Below, in pieces: positions 1 to 9,606 of a DNA stretch of 64,000 nucleotides. Each line of letters opens with the position of its first letter. Within the stretch, counting starts at the first letter, position 1. The DNA comes from an uncultured Chloroflexia bacterium (GTDB taxonomy: Bacteria > Chloroflexota > Limnocylindria > Limnocylindrales > CSP1-4). Under the pieces are notes generated by a model that was given only the letters and a program-made list of their open reading frames with translations, made no database searches and had not been told where the DNA came from. The position numbers and the translations under genes were made by a program. The DNA is taken from positions 3,567-67,566 of the forward strand of contig CAVYBA010000003.1 in assembly GCA_963766675.1 (NCBI GenBank), given 5' to 3'.

Positions 1-2011
1 CCGCACCGACCTCGGCCTCGAACGACTGGTCGCGCATGTGGAGGTCTATCGCGTCGGCCGGGCAGGCCGCGACGCATTCGCCGCACTCCGCGCACACCGC
101 GCAGTCGAGGCAGCGGCTGGTCGCCGTCCGGGCCTCGGCTTCGGTCATCGGCGCCTCGACCTCGACGAAGTCGAGCGGTGCAGGGCTCAGGGTCGTGCCG
201 CTCGCCTGCGGGGCCCGCAGCGTGTATGCCTTCTGGCGCGCCAGGACCTGCTCCTTGTCGACGACCGGGAGCCGATCGTCGAAGCCGTCAAGCGTCCCGC
301 CGGTCAGCCAGCGGTCGATCATGTGCGCCGCGCGCCGGCCTTCGCCGACCGCGCGGGTGATGTCCGTGGCGCCGTTGACGGCGTCGCCGGCCGCGAAGAC
401 GAACGGGAGGTCGGTCTGGCAGGTCGCGACGTCCGAGCGCAACGCGCCCCGGTCCGTGGTCGGCAGCTGGCCGGTGAACGCGCTCGTATCGGGCGTCATG
501 CCGATCGCGCTGATGACGAGCTCGCACGGCAGGACCGTCTCGCTGTCGGGGATCGGTTCCGGACGACGGCGCCCGGAGGCATCGGGCGCGCCTAGCGCCA
601 TTCGCGCACAGCGTAGCCCGCTGACTGCGCCCGACTGGTCGCCGACGACCTCCGCCGGGGCGACCAGGAAGCTGAAGGCCACGCCTTCCCGCTCCGCGTC
701 ATCGGCCTCCACGTGGTGGGCCGGCATCTCGTCGCGCCCGCGCCGGTAGGCAACGGTCACGGACGCCGCGCCAAGCCGGCGCGCAGTGCGGGCGGCGTCC
801 ATCGCGACGTTGCCGCCGCCGACGATCACGACCCGCTTGCCGCCCAGGTCCGGCGGTTGACCGAGCTTCACCCGGCGCAGGAAGTCGATGCCGCCGACGA
901 CGCCCAGGCGGTCCTCCCCGGGAACGCCGAGGTTGGTCGAGCGGTGCGTCCCGGTCGCGACGAGGACCGCGTCGAAGCCGTCGGAATGGAGCGCAGCGAG
1001 GTCGCGGACGGGGCTGCTCGTCGCGATCTCGACACCGATCGCGCGAACGTTGTCGATGTCGCGCTCGACCACGTCGATCGGGAGCCGGTAGGACGGAATG
1101 GCGAGCCGCAGGAACCCGCCTGGTTCGCGTGCCGCCTCGAAGATCTTGACCGCGTACCCCTTGCGAGCGAGCTGCCATGCCGCGGTCAGGCCGGTCGGTC
1201 CGGAGCCGACGATCGCCACTCGGCGCCCGTTCGGCTGGGCAACGGCAATCCCAAGTTCGTCGGCGGCCGGACCGTCCTGCCCGTCGCTGCGGCCGTGGCG
1301 TTCGTCATGCGCGTCGGCGATGAACCGCTTCAGCCGCCGGATCGGGAGCGTGCCCTCGAGCGAGCCACGGGTGCACTCGACCTCGCACGGCGCGTAGCAA
1401 GCGCGCCCGAGGGTGCCGACGAGCGGTGTCGCCTCGAGGACCAATCGGTAGGCCTTCTCGTATTCGCCGCTTCGGATGAGGGAGATGTACCCGTGCGCCT
1501 GGATCCCGGCCGGACAGGCATACGAGCATGGCGAACTGCCGGCCCGGTCGATGACCGCCTTCTTCGGCACGGCCTGGGGAAAGGCGATGTAGGCGGCGCG
1601 GCGGCCGACGAGGTCGGCGTTGAACTGGTCGGGCACGGCTACCGTGCAGGCCGTCTCGCACAGCGAGCAACCGGTGCAGGCGGCCTCGTCGACGAACCGC
1701 GCCTTGCGTGTCACCGAGGCGTGGAACCGGCCGTCGGCGGTTCGTCGGATCCCGTCGACCCGGCTGTAGGTCAAGGCGGTGATGTTCGGGTGGTGGATCG
1801 TCGCCGCCATCTTGGGCGTCGAGATGCAGCTGGCACAGTCGAGGGTCGGGAAGACCTTGCTCAGCAGGATCATCTTCCCGCCGACGCTTGCCTCCTTCTC
1901 GATCAGCAGGACCTTGTAGCCCATGTCGCCGAGCTTGAGGGCCGACTCCATGCCGCCGATGCCGCTGCCGACGACGAGGACGTCGTAGCGGTCGGCGCCC
2001 ACCGGGTTCAT
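1..2011 (-). CDS. hdrA: HdrA-like flavoprotein with inserted GltD/NfnB-type NAD(P)H module (HdrL type), copy 1; 3' part runs off the window
   Basis: Not in the ORF track; translated by hand from ATG 2011 (ATGA overlap with mvhD stop): MNPVGADRYDVLVVGSGIGGM, SKVFPTLDCASCISTPKM, CTGCSLCETAC, SPCSYACPAG, GRACYAPCEVEC, VAIVGSGPTG, VVIVGGGNVAMD, VAYRRG, RCLDCAVCAECGECVAACP. Colinear paralog of 26791-29538. Confidence 0.9.
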   Translation of the reverse strand, partial: MNPVGADRYDVLVVGSGIGGMESALKLGDMGYKVLLIEKEASVGGKMILLSKVFPTLDCASCISTPKMAATIHHPNITALTYSRVDGIRRTADGRFHASVTRKARFVDEAACTGCSLCETACTVAVPDQFNADLVGRRAAYIAFPQAVPKKAVIDRAGSSPCSYACPAGIQAHGYISLIRSGEYEKAYRLVLEATPLVGTLGRACYAPCEVECTRGSLEGTLPIRRLKRFIADAHDERHGRSDGQDGPAADELGIAVAQPNGRRVAIVGSGPTGLTAAWQLARKGYAVKIFEAAREPGGFLRLAIPSYRLPIDVVERDIDNVRAIGVEIATSSPVRDLAALHSDGFDAVLVATGTHRSTNLGVPGEDRLGVVGGIDFLRRVKLGQPPDLGGKRVVIVGGGNVAMDAARTARRLGAASVTVAYRRGRDEMPAHHVEADDAEREGVAFSFLVAPAEVVGDQSGAVSGLRCARMALGAPDASGRRRPEPIPDSETVLPCELVISAIGMTPDTSAFTGQLPTTDRGALRSDVATCQTDLPFVFAAGDAVNGATDITRAVGEGRRAAHMIDRWLTGGTLDGFDDRLPVVDKEQVLARQKAYTLRAPQASGTTLSPAPLDFVEVEAPMTEAEARTATSRCLDCAVCAECGECVAACPADAIDLHMRDQSFEAEVGA

Positions 2012-2448
2012 CGACGGACCGCCGGGCCGAGCGCCTCGAGCGCCGCCGAGAACTGCTGCATGTGCCGCGTGAACGGCTCGGCGCAGACCGAGCAGATGGC
2101 CGCCATCCGCATCCGCCCCGGATCGACACCTCGCTCGCGGAGTTGTGCCTGGGCGACGCTGCTGATCTTCGACGACCGCTCCGCGCAATCGGACAGGTAG
2201 GCGCACTCGTCGCCATCCGACGCGATGAACACGCCGTCGAACCCGCCCTCGAGCGCGCGCACCACCCAGGACGGTCGAATGCCGCTGGTGCACGGCAGGC
2301 CGATGACGCGGACGCCCGGCGAGTAGTGCAGGTGCGAGCTGCCCGCGAGGTCGATCCCCGGATCGGAGATGTTGTGCGTCGAGAAGACCAGGATCCGGGG
2401 GACGAACCCGGATCCGGCCTCATGCGGCACGGCGGTGGCGGCGGTCAT
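2008..2448 (-). CDS. mvhD: MvhD/FlpD-like hydrogenase iron-sulfur (delta) subunit, variant Cys pattern
   Basis: RILVFS..., LPCTSGIRP.WV..AL..GFDGVF, ECAY, RMAAICSVCAE; coupled to hdrA. Confidence 0.8.
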   Translation of the reverse strand: MTAATAVPHEAGSGFVPRILVFSTHNISDPGIDLAGSSHLHYSPGVRVIGLPCTSGIRPSWVVRALEGGFDGVFIASDGDECAYLSDCAERSSKISSVAQAQLRERGVDPGRMRMAAICSVCAEPFTRHMQQFSAALEALGPAVRR

Positions 2449-2483
2449 CGCGTGGTGCTCCTGTGCCTGTCGGCGGGTTGGGC

Positions 2484-2744
2484 CTACTTGCCGCGTCGGA
2501 TGAGGACGCGGTCGTAGCCGTCGGCGCCGATTGCCCCGAGGAACTCGTGCCCGACCTTGCCGGACCAGGCGCTGATGTCGGTCTTGGTCACCGGGTCGGT
2601 CGACCAGACCTCGATGACGGACCCAACCGGGACGGTGCCCATCCCCTTCTTCGCTTCGAGCAGTGGTCCCGGGCAGGCCGCGCCGCGGGCGTCGACGATC
2701 TTGGCGGCAACGATGGTCTCGAGGTCGGTGAGCGTGGCGGTCAT
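2484..2744 (-). CDS. tusA: TusA/SirA family sulfurtransferase
   Basis: VDARGAACPGP (CPxP) motif, WSTDP, 86 aa. Confidence 0.92.
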   Translation of the reverse strand: MTATLTDLETIVAAKIVDARGAACPGPLLEAKKGMGTVPVGSVIEVWSTDPVTKTDISAWSGKVGHEFLGAIGADGYDRVLIRRGK

Positions 2745-2760
2745 GACGGATTCCTCCTGT

Positions 2761-3126
2761 TCAGTAGACGAGGCTGTTGGTCGCCGAGGTGATCTCGGCG
2801 ATGAACCGACCGGCGGCCACGACTTCCGCGCCGCCGATGAGCTGGTCGGGCGTGATCGCCCGCGGCTTCAGGCAGGGGCCACACACGAGCAGCCGGCCGC
2901 CGAGCGTCCCGAAGTCGTCGACGAGCTTCTGCAGCGGCGGAAAGCCCAATGCCTCGATGCCGTCGACGCCGCCGACCCGGCCGAGCTCGACGCCGTCGCC
3001 CTGGAGGCCGATCACGACCTCGACGTCCGATGCGAGCGCCGCGCAGGCCATGACGAACGGGATCGTGGCGTGTTCCGGCTCGTTGGGACCGTGCAGCACC
3101 ATGAACACGAGCTTCTCGCTGGCCAT
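2761..3126 (-). CDS. DsrE family sulfur relay protein
   Basis: Start reassigned to MASEKLV (ATG 3126); HGPNEPE.ATIPF, QGDGV, LLVCGPC. Confidence 0.85.
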   Translation of the reverse strand: MASEKLVFMVLHGPNEPEHATIPFVMACAALASDVEVVIGLQGDGVELGRVGGVDGIEALGFPPLQKLVDDFGTLGGRLLVCGPCLKPRAITPDQLIGGAEVVAAGRFIAEITSATNSLVY

Positions 3127-3145
3127 CGGACAGGTTCCTCTGCGG

Positions 3146-3553
3146 CTAGATGAAGAGGATCTGGCCGCCTTCGGCGGCCAGCAGGAAGGCGGCGATCCCG
3201 CTCGGACCGTCGACCAGCGGGTCGAGCCCGTCGACATCGAGCCCCAGCGTCTCGAGCGAACCGGAACAGGCCTGGATGCTGACCTCGCCGAGCTCCTTGG
3301 CCATCCGGAAGGTCTCGAGCCAGGGGATGGCGGCGGCGCCGTTGACCGGCTGGCTCGATCCCGCCGCTCTGGCGTCGCAGGCCAGGCCGTGGTCGGCGTC
3401 GATCCGGTCCGCCCGGAACGCGTCGAGTGCCCAGTACTGGAGCAGGACGTTGACCGGGCGGCCCATGGCCGCCGCCCCCGCGGCGACCGTCGCCGCCGAG
3501 TGGAGCTTGTCGGCGGTGCCGGAGAACAGGACGAGGGACAGGCTGTCGTTCAT
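3146..3553 (-). CDS. DsrE/DsrF/DrsH-like (DsrE2/E3-type) protein
   Basis: Start MNDSLSLVLFSGTADKL; AAAMG..V..L..YWAL, IQACSGSL, GIAAFL..A. Confidence 0.8.
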   Translation of the reverse strand: MNDSLSLVLFSGTADKLHSAATVAAGAAAMGRPVNVLLQYWALDAFRADRIDADHGLACDARAAGSSQPVNGAAAIPWLETFRMAKELGEVSIQACSGSLETLGLDVDGLDPLVDGPSGIAAFLLAAEGGQILFI

Positions 3554-3560
3554 TGGAGGG

Positions 3561-3950
3561 TCACCTGGGTTGCTGGCTGCGAGGGATGGCCGCTTCCAGC
3601 TGGCGCTGCCGGTCGTCGTCATGCGCAGCCGCCGCCAGGCTCCCGAGGGCCGACAGGCGACGAACGAGGACGCTCCGCATCAGGTCGCAGGCGGCCAGGA
3701 TCTGGGGATCGGTCAGCTCGTAGCGCACCATCCGCCCGTCCCGGGTCGCGGTGACAAGGCCGACGGCGCGCATGGCCGACAGATGCTGGGACACGGTTGC
3801 CTGTGGAACACCAAGCTCCGCCTCGAGATCGCGAACCTCGAGCGGACCACGGCCGAGCAGGTGGATGATCCGGAGACGGTGCACGCTGGCGAGGGTGCGC
3901 AGCAGCGTCGCCTGGATCACCTCGATCTCGTTCGTCGCGTTGAGCACCAC
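3561..3950 (-). CDS. ArsR/SmtB family transcriptional regulator
   Basis: LASVHRLRIIHLL, VSQHLSAMRAVGLV, RDGRMVRYEL; first gene of the cluster. Confidence 0.9.
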   Translation of the reverse strand: MVLNATNEIEVIQATLLRTLASVHRLRIIHLLGRGPLEVRDLEAELGVPQATVSQHLSAMRAVGLVTATRDGRMVRYELTDPQILAACDLMRSVLVRRLSALGSLAAAAHDDDRQRQLEAAIPRSQQPR

Positions 3951-4000
3951 TCACTCCGTGCGATCTGGGCCTGGTTGAACCCTGTAACAGCTTTGTCATC

Positions 4001-4021
4001 ATATATGTCCGTAGCATGTAT
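4001..4021. promoter_or_regulatory. Imperfect inverted repeat overlapping a TATGAT -10 element upstream of arsR; candidate ArsR operator
   Basis: Minus strand ATAcATG-N7-CATaTAT, AT-rich in a 70% GC background. Confidence 0.35.
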
Positions 4022-4183
4022 GAGTCATGGGCCATATGTCACGAATCACGATGACGCGGACGTGACCGAGATCGGCACGTGGACGCGGGCAGCGGCGGTG
4101 ACGAACCCGGGCTGCAGCTGCTGTCGGCGCCACCGCGAATGAGCCCACGCCTCCGCGCCGACAACGCGATAGGCCCGATCAGC

Positions 4184-4717
4184 TCAGAGAAATGCTCGGC
4201 GTCGAGCCTGCGGCTGGGTGGCCTGCCGTGCCGCTGAATCGTTCGACCGCCGGGCGAAGGCGGCGTCGATCTCACCGACGAGGTGTCGACCGATCGTGGT
4301 CCTGGCGAGCCATTCGAGATAGTCGGGATCGTGATCGACGAGGGCGCCGATCGTCCAACCCGCATAGCGACCGAAGTCGAGGACCGTCCCCTCAGCACTC
4401 GAGGCGGGGCGACGGCCGGCAAGACCCTGGCGTGGCTGCGGGATCGGCTGGCCGTGGGTCGGCGGCTCCGGCGCGGCGGTCGGTGCGGGCATCGGCGCGA
4501 CGGGCGGCCGGTCGTCGAGGGCTCGCGGCTCCGCATCGTAGGCGGCGCGTCGCGCCGGATCGCCCAGCACGGCCCACGCCGCGTTGATCGTGGCCATGAC
4601 TCGGGCGCTGCCGCCGAAGTCGGGATGGTACAGGCGAGCGAGCGCGCGATACGCCCCCCGGATGACCTCGGGCTCGGCCCTGCGATCGACCTGGAGGACC
4701 TCGTAAAGGTCGATCAC
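4184..4717 (-). CDS. J-domain (DnaJ-like) protein with C-terminal FGRYxG...YLxW module
   Basis: DLYEVLQV...IRGAYRALARLYHPD...INAAWAVLGDP.RRAAYD; C-terminal LDFGRYAGWTIGALVDHDPDYLEWL. Start (GTG 4717) uncertain. Confidence 0.8.
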   Translation of the reverse strand: MIDLYEVLQVDRRAEPEVIRGAYRALARLYHPDFGGSARVMATINAAWAVLGDPARRAAYDAEPRALDDRPPVAPMPAPTAAPEPPTHGQPIPQPRQGLAGRRPASSAEGTVLDFGRYAGWTIGALVDHDPDYLEWLARTTIGRHLVGEIDAAFARRSNDSAARQATQPQARRRAFL

Positions 4718-5064
4718 ATCGCGTACCGCATCCTGGGCGCGGCCTTCCGATGGCGGCGCTGCTCCTGGAGGAAACGTCTGGGGAGTCGCTGAATTGGTGA
4801 CATCTGGCAACCGTTTCGTTCGCTCCCCCGTGCTCACACGTTCGCCTGCGCGAGGCTCGCGTTCGAGCACCCGATGGTCCCGCCGGCGATCGCCGAACGT
4901 CATCGCGGGCAACGCGTCGTCCCGGAATCGGCGCGTCAGGGCCCCGGCCGGCGGCCGCGAACCCGCCACCCACCGCGCTTGCGGTCTCTTGACGCTCGCG
5001 GTATACCCAGACCTGCGCCGCTAGGCGCCCTGCGCGGTCGGGGAGCGCGCGGGTCCACGCGTCA

Positions 5065-6906
5065 ATGCCGGGGGTACCGCCCGTGTCGCTGAGCCAACGG
5101 GTCGAGAAGGCGCAACAGCAGGCCGAGCTTGCCCAGACCGACACGCCGACCCGCAGGGTCGACCGCGGCCGGGCATTGGTTCCGGCACGTCCTGAAACGC
5201 CACGGAATCCCGCGCGCGAGGAGATGCTCCGCGACATCCGGCTGCGCCTGGTGGCCGAGACGATCGGCGCATTCGACCCGAAGCTCGATCCCAAGAATGC
5301 CGTCGGTGTACGTGCCAAGATCGAGGGCATCGTCGACCGGGTCATCGGGGTCGAGTTCGCCGTCACCCGGGACGAACGGCTCCGACTGGTCGACGAGATG
5401 ATCGACGAGGTGACCGGTCTGGGCCCGCTCGAGCCGCTGCTCGCGGACGACTCGATCACCGAGGTCATGGTCAACGGGCCGAACCACATCTACATCGAAC
5501 GATCCGGCAAGATCCTGCGGGTCGACACCGCGTTCCAGAGCAACGAGCACGTCCGGCGGATCATCGACCGGATCATCACGCCCATCGGCCGGCGGATCGA
5601 TGAGTCGAGCCCGCGCGTCGACGCTCGCCTGCCCGATGGCTCGCGCGTGAACTGCGTCATCGCGCCGCTGTCGCTGGTCGGCCCGGTGATCACCATCCGC
5701 AAGTTCTCGGCGAAGCCCTACACGGTCGATGACCTGATCCGGTTCGGGACGTCGACGGCCGAGATGTTCGAGTTCATCCGGGTGTGCGTGGAGGCGAGGC
5801 TCAACATCTTCGTCTCGGGCGGCACCGGCTCGGGCAAGACGACGACGCTCAACGTGCTCTCGTCGTTCATCCCCAACGACGACCGGATCGTGACGATCGA
5901 GGACGCGGCCGAACTGCAGCTCCGCCAGGAGCACGTCGTCACCCTCGAATCGCGCCCGCCCAACATCGAGGGCGAGGGCGAGATCACGATGCGCCACCTG
6001 CTGCGCAACGCGCTCCATATGCGGCCCGACCGGATCATCGTCGGCGAGTGCCGGTCGGGCGAGGCGCTCGACATGATCCAGGCCATGACCACCGGCCAGG
6101 CGGGCTCCCTGTCGACCGGCCACGCCAACAGCCCGCGGGACATGCTCCGCCGGCTCGAGACGATGGTCCTGATGACCGGCTACGAGCTCCCGCTCCGGGC
6201 AATCCGCGAGCAGATCGCCTCGGCCGTCGACCTCATCGTCCATACGGCGCGGCTCAAGGACGGCACCCGCAAGATCACCGCGATCACCGAAGTCTACGGG
6301 ATGGAGGACGACGAGATCCTCACCCAGGACATCTTCACCTTCGAACAGACCGCCTTCCGGGACGGCAAGATCGAGGGCGAGCTCAGGCCGACCGGGATCC
6401 GGCCGACGTTCATGCGCCGTTTCAAGGTGAGCGGCATCCAGCTGCCGCCCGACGAGTTCGGGATCCCGCCCGAGGATCCGAACAAGCCCGGCCCGCTCGG
6501 CAAGGACAAGGGCGGTCTGATCTCGGGCGAGGGCATCTCGTCGGTCGATACGCCGACGAGCCCGGTCGGTCTCGGCCGGGCGGTCACCGCCGGCGGAATG
6601 GTCTACGTCTCGTCCATCGGCCCGATCGACCCGGAGACCGGGCGGGTCGTCAGCCCGTCGATCAAGGACCAGACCCGCCAGTGCATGAACAACCTCAAGA
6701 CGCGGCTCGAAGCGGCCGGCAGCTCGCTGGACAAGGTCGTCTGGGCCAACTGGTCGCTGCGCGATCCGGCCGAATTCGACACGTTCAACGAGGAATGGGT
6801 GCGCTGGTTCCCGGGTGAGGCGCCGGTCGGCCAGGGCACGCTCATGCCGCCGCTCCAGCGACGCGCCGGGTTCCGGATCTCCGTCGGAGTGATCGCCGAG
6901 GCATAG
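5065..6906 (+). CDS. cpaF: CpaF/TadA family secretion ATPase fused to a C-terminal Rid (YjgF/UK114)-like domain
   Basis: Walker [10 protein letters not shown], Asp box [19 protein letters not shown], His box STGHANS; C-terminal GGMVYVS...[22 protein letters not shown]. Confidence 0.88.
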   Translation: MPGVPPVSLSQRVEKAQQQAELAQTDTPTRRVDRGRALVPARPETPRNPAREEMLRDIRLRLVAETIGAFDPKLDPKNAVGVRAKIEGIVDRVIGVEFAVTRDERLRLVDEMIDEVTGLGPLEPLLADDSITEVMVNGPNHIYIERSGKILRVDTAFQSNEHVRRIIDRIITPIGRRIDESSPRVDARLPDGSRVNCVIAPLSLVGPVITIRKFSAKPYTVDDLIRFGTSTAEMFEFIRVCVEARLNIFVSGGTGSGKTTTLNVLSSFIPNDDRIVTIEDAAELQLRQEHVVTLESRPPNIEGEGEITMRHLLRNALHMRPDRIIVGECRSGEALDMIQAMTTGQAGSLSTGHANSPRDMLRRLETMVLMTGYELPLRAIREQIASAVDLIVHTARLKDGTRKITAITEVYGMEDDEILTQDIFTFEQTAFRDGKIEGELRPTGIRPTFMRRFKVSGIQLPPDEFGIPPEDPNKPGPLGKDKGGLISGEGISSVDTPTSPVGLGRAVTAGGMVYVSSIGPIDPETGRVVSPSIKDQTRQCMNNLKTRLEAAGSSLDKVVWANWSLRDPAEFDTFNEEWVRWFPGEAPVGQGTLMPPLQRRAGFRISVGVIAEA

Positions 6907-6964
6907 CGACCGGGCGGTCGCGATCGGCTCGCCTGCGGCTCGCCGCCTGGATGGATCCGCCTCT

Positions 6965-9331
6965 TCAGCCTTCAGCGGGTGCGGCCCAGGTCTCCGCGGG
7001 TGCCGGCATCGCGAGCAGGTAGCCCTGCGCGAACGGAACCCCGAGCTCTCGCAGCGTGGCCAGCTCCTCCTCCGTCTCGACGCCCTCGGCGATCGTCTGG
7101 CTCATCGACTCGCTCGCGAACTGGAGCAGCCCGAGGATGAGCGCCTGTCGAGTCCGATCCGCCTCGATACCCCGGACCAGCCGCATGTCGAGCTTTACGA
7201 AGGCGGGCCGGAGCTCGACGATGTGCGCGAAGTTGGCGACACCGGCGCCGGCGTCGTCAACGGCTACGCGGACGCTTTCGCCCAGCCGGCCAATCGCGGC
7301 GCGCAGCGCGCCGTAGTCCCCGACGGGGACGTGCTCGGTGACCTCGAGGACGATCGGCCGGTCGGTTGTTCGCAGCAATGGGGCAAGCTGCCGGTTCGTC
7401 GTCAGCAGATCCGGCGAAACGTTGAGGCTCAGCCAGGCCTCGGCAGGCAGGATCACCGCCGATGTGATCGCCCGCTCGAGCGTTGCCAGCTCGAGCTCGG
7501 GTTCGATTCCGACGGCCCTGGCATCCGCGAAGACCAGGTCGGGAGCGGTGCCACTCGAGAAGCGCGTCAGTGCCTCGTAGCCCGCCAAGGTGCCCGTTCC
7601 AAGGTCGACCACAGGCTGGAAGACCGACGAGAAGGCACCGCTTCTGATCACCTCCGCGATCCGCTCCCGGCCTCGGCCGACTTCGGTCAGATCCGCGATG
7701 GCGGGGCCGACGAGGGCACCCGCGAATCCTGCGAATTCGAGCAGGGCCGGCAGGGACTCGGTGAGCCGTGCGACCGCGTCGTCCTCGGCCGAGGTCACGG
7801 TGATGATCCCGATCAGCCGGCCTCCCTGGCGGACCGGCGCGTAGGCCAGGGCCTTGGTGGCCAGCTCCTGGTGCAGCTTGTCGTAGGGATGCCACGGCCG
7901 GCGGACCCAGGCCTCGACCCATGGCCCTTCCTCGGCACGCTCCTTGAGGGTCCGGCTGCGCTGGAACGGGAGACGGCGCAGGCGGACCGGGACGCCGTCC
8001 GCCCGCAGGAAGGCAAGGGCCAGCGCCGGGCCTTCGAGGGTGAAGTAGGCAAGCGATGCCGTGGCCACCCCCGACAGGCCGATGATCTGGCGGCAGATCG
8101 CCTCGGCGGTCGCGGGGGCCGTGGGCAGGACCGGCAGGTCGGCCAGGGTCCCGGCGATCATCGCCCGCTCGCGGGTCATCCGTTCATGGGCAGCCTCTAG
8201 CGCTCGCTCATGAGTCACGTCGCGCTGGGCCGCGACGTAGCTGGTGATGACGCCCGCTTCGTCGCGGATCGGGGAGATGACCGCCTCCTCGTGATACAGG
8301 CTCCCATCCTTGCGCCGGTTGACCAGGTTCCCCACGAAGGTGTTGCCGCCGGACAGGACCGCCCACATCGACGCGTAGAACCCCGGCGATTGCTGGCCGC
8401 TCTGGAGGATGCGCGGGTTCAGACCGATCACCTCGTCGCGCGAGTAGCCGCTGGCCCGCTCGAAGGCCGAATTGACGTACTCGATCCGGGCCTCGGTATC
8501 GGTGATCACGACGGCCTCGGCCGACTGCTCGACGGCGACCGCCAGGCGGCGCCGTTCGGCCTCCAGCTGTGATGCCGCCACGCGCGCCCGGAGCGTCCGC
8601 ACGCCGAAGGCGAGATCCGATGCCAATTCCTCGAGCAGGGCCAGCTCGTCGGGCGCGAAGGACCGAGCATCGCCGGCATAGATGACCAGCGTGCCAAACG
8701 CCAGCCCGTCGATCGTCAGCGGCAGGGCCGCCAAGGCCCGGAACCCTTGGGCCAGCATCTCGCTCCGCCAGGCCAGCGTCGCATCGGCCGCCACGTCCTT
8801 GCCGACGACGGTACGTCCCTCCCGGATCGACGTTCCGCCGGGGCCGGCGCTCCCGCGTGCAGGGTCCAGCCAGCTCAGGCTGATCTCCTTGAGGTACTGC
8901 TCGACCGGCCCGGCCCAGGCGATCGGGCGAATCGTGCCGGGCGGATCGTCGTCGCGGTAGCCGACCCAGGCACCGAGGAAGGCGCCCTGTTCGACGACGA
9001 TCGAACAGAACGACTGGAGCAACGCGGTTTCATTGTCCGCGCGAATCAGCTCCTGGCTGGCCAGGCCCAGCGTCCTGAGCACGCGGTTGAGTCGCTCGAG
9101 CTCCTCGGTCCGGCGGACACGTTCGGCGCTGAAGCCGACCAGCAGCAGGCCCAGGAGCGCACTCGTAACGAGGACGAACCCCCACCCCTTGACGGTCGAG
9201 ATCGTCGTGAGCGCCTCCTGGCTCGGCGCCAGTGCGCTCGCGACACGGTCGCTGAAGGCGATCCACAGGCCGGCGACGATCGCGTACGCCGTGACGATCG
9301 CGGGTGCGGATAGGCGGGGATGCCGAGACAT
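6965..9331 (-). CDS. Membrane-anchored GAF-PAS-EAL cyclic-di-GMP phosphodiesterase
   Basis: Start MSRHPRL (9331), two TM helices, GAF, PAS (ITD..ARIEYVN..FE..SGY, NRRKDG), EAL motifs YEALTRF, LNVSP, LEVTE, DDAGAG, VKLD, AEGVE, QGY; no GGDEF. Confidence 0.9.
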   Translation of the reverse strand: MSRHPRLSAPAIVTAYAIVAGLWIAFSDRVASALAPSQEALTTISTVKGWGFVLVTSALLGLLLVGFSAERVRRTEELERLNRVLRTLGLASQELIRADNETALLQSFCSIVVEQGAFLGAWVGYRDDDPPGTIRPIAWAGPVEQYLKEISLSWLDPARGSAGPGGTSIREGRTVVGKDVAADATLAWRSEMLAQGFRALAALPLTIDGLAFGTLVIYAGDARSFAPDELALLEELASDLAFGVRTLRARVAASQLEAERRRLAVAVEQSAEAVVITDTEARIEYVNSAFERASGYSRDEVIGLNPRILQSGQQSPGFYASMWAVLSGGNTFVGNLVNRRKDGSLYHEEAVISPIRDEAGVITSYVAAQRDVTHERALEAAHERMTRERAMIAGTLADLPVLPTAPATAEAICRQIIGLSGVATASLAYFTLEGPALALAFLRADGVPVRLRRLPFQRSRTLKERAEEGPWVEAWVRRPWHPYDKLHQELATKALAYAPVRQGGRLIGIITVTSAEDDAVARLTESLPALLEFAGFAGALVGPAIADLTEVGRGRERIAEVIRSGAFSSVFQPVVDLGTGTLAGYEALTRFSSGTAPDLVFADARAVGIEPELELATLERAITSAVILPAEAWLSLNVSPDLLTTNRQLAPLLRTTDRPIVLEVTEHVPVGDYGALRAAIGRLGESVRVAVDDAGAGVANFAHIVELRPAFVKLDMRLVRGIEADRTRQALILGLLQFASESMSQTIAEGVETEEELATLRELGVPFAQGYLLAMPAPAETWAAPAEG

Positions 9332-9606
9332 GCCGACGCGCCCTCTTACGGGCCCCCGACCTTCCAGATCTTGCCCACGGGCGATTCTCCCCAACGCCGA
9401 GATCGGCGAGGATCCGTCGGTATGGCACCCCGGAGACGTCATCGTACAGGCCGCCGTCCCGCCGGCAAGAGCGCACCGAGACGGCGGCGGTGCGAATCGG
9501 CACAACCCGGGTGAACCCTCGCACCCGGCGCTCGAGACGGTAGACTCGGCGCCTTGCGACATCTGCTTGGCCCGTGGATTCGAGTAGGCCGGTCTCGGGA
9601 GCCGCT

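Noticed and set aside
5065-6906. Tad pilus locus or conjugative element
   Set aside because: No flp, tadB/C, cpaB, relaxase or coupling protein nearby.
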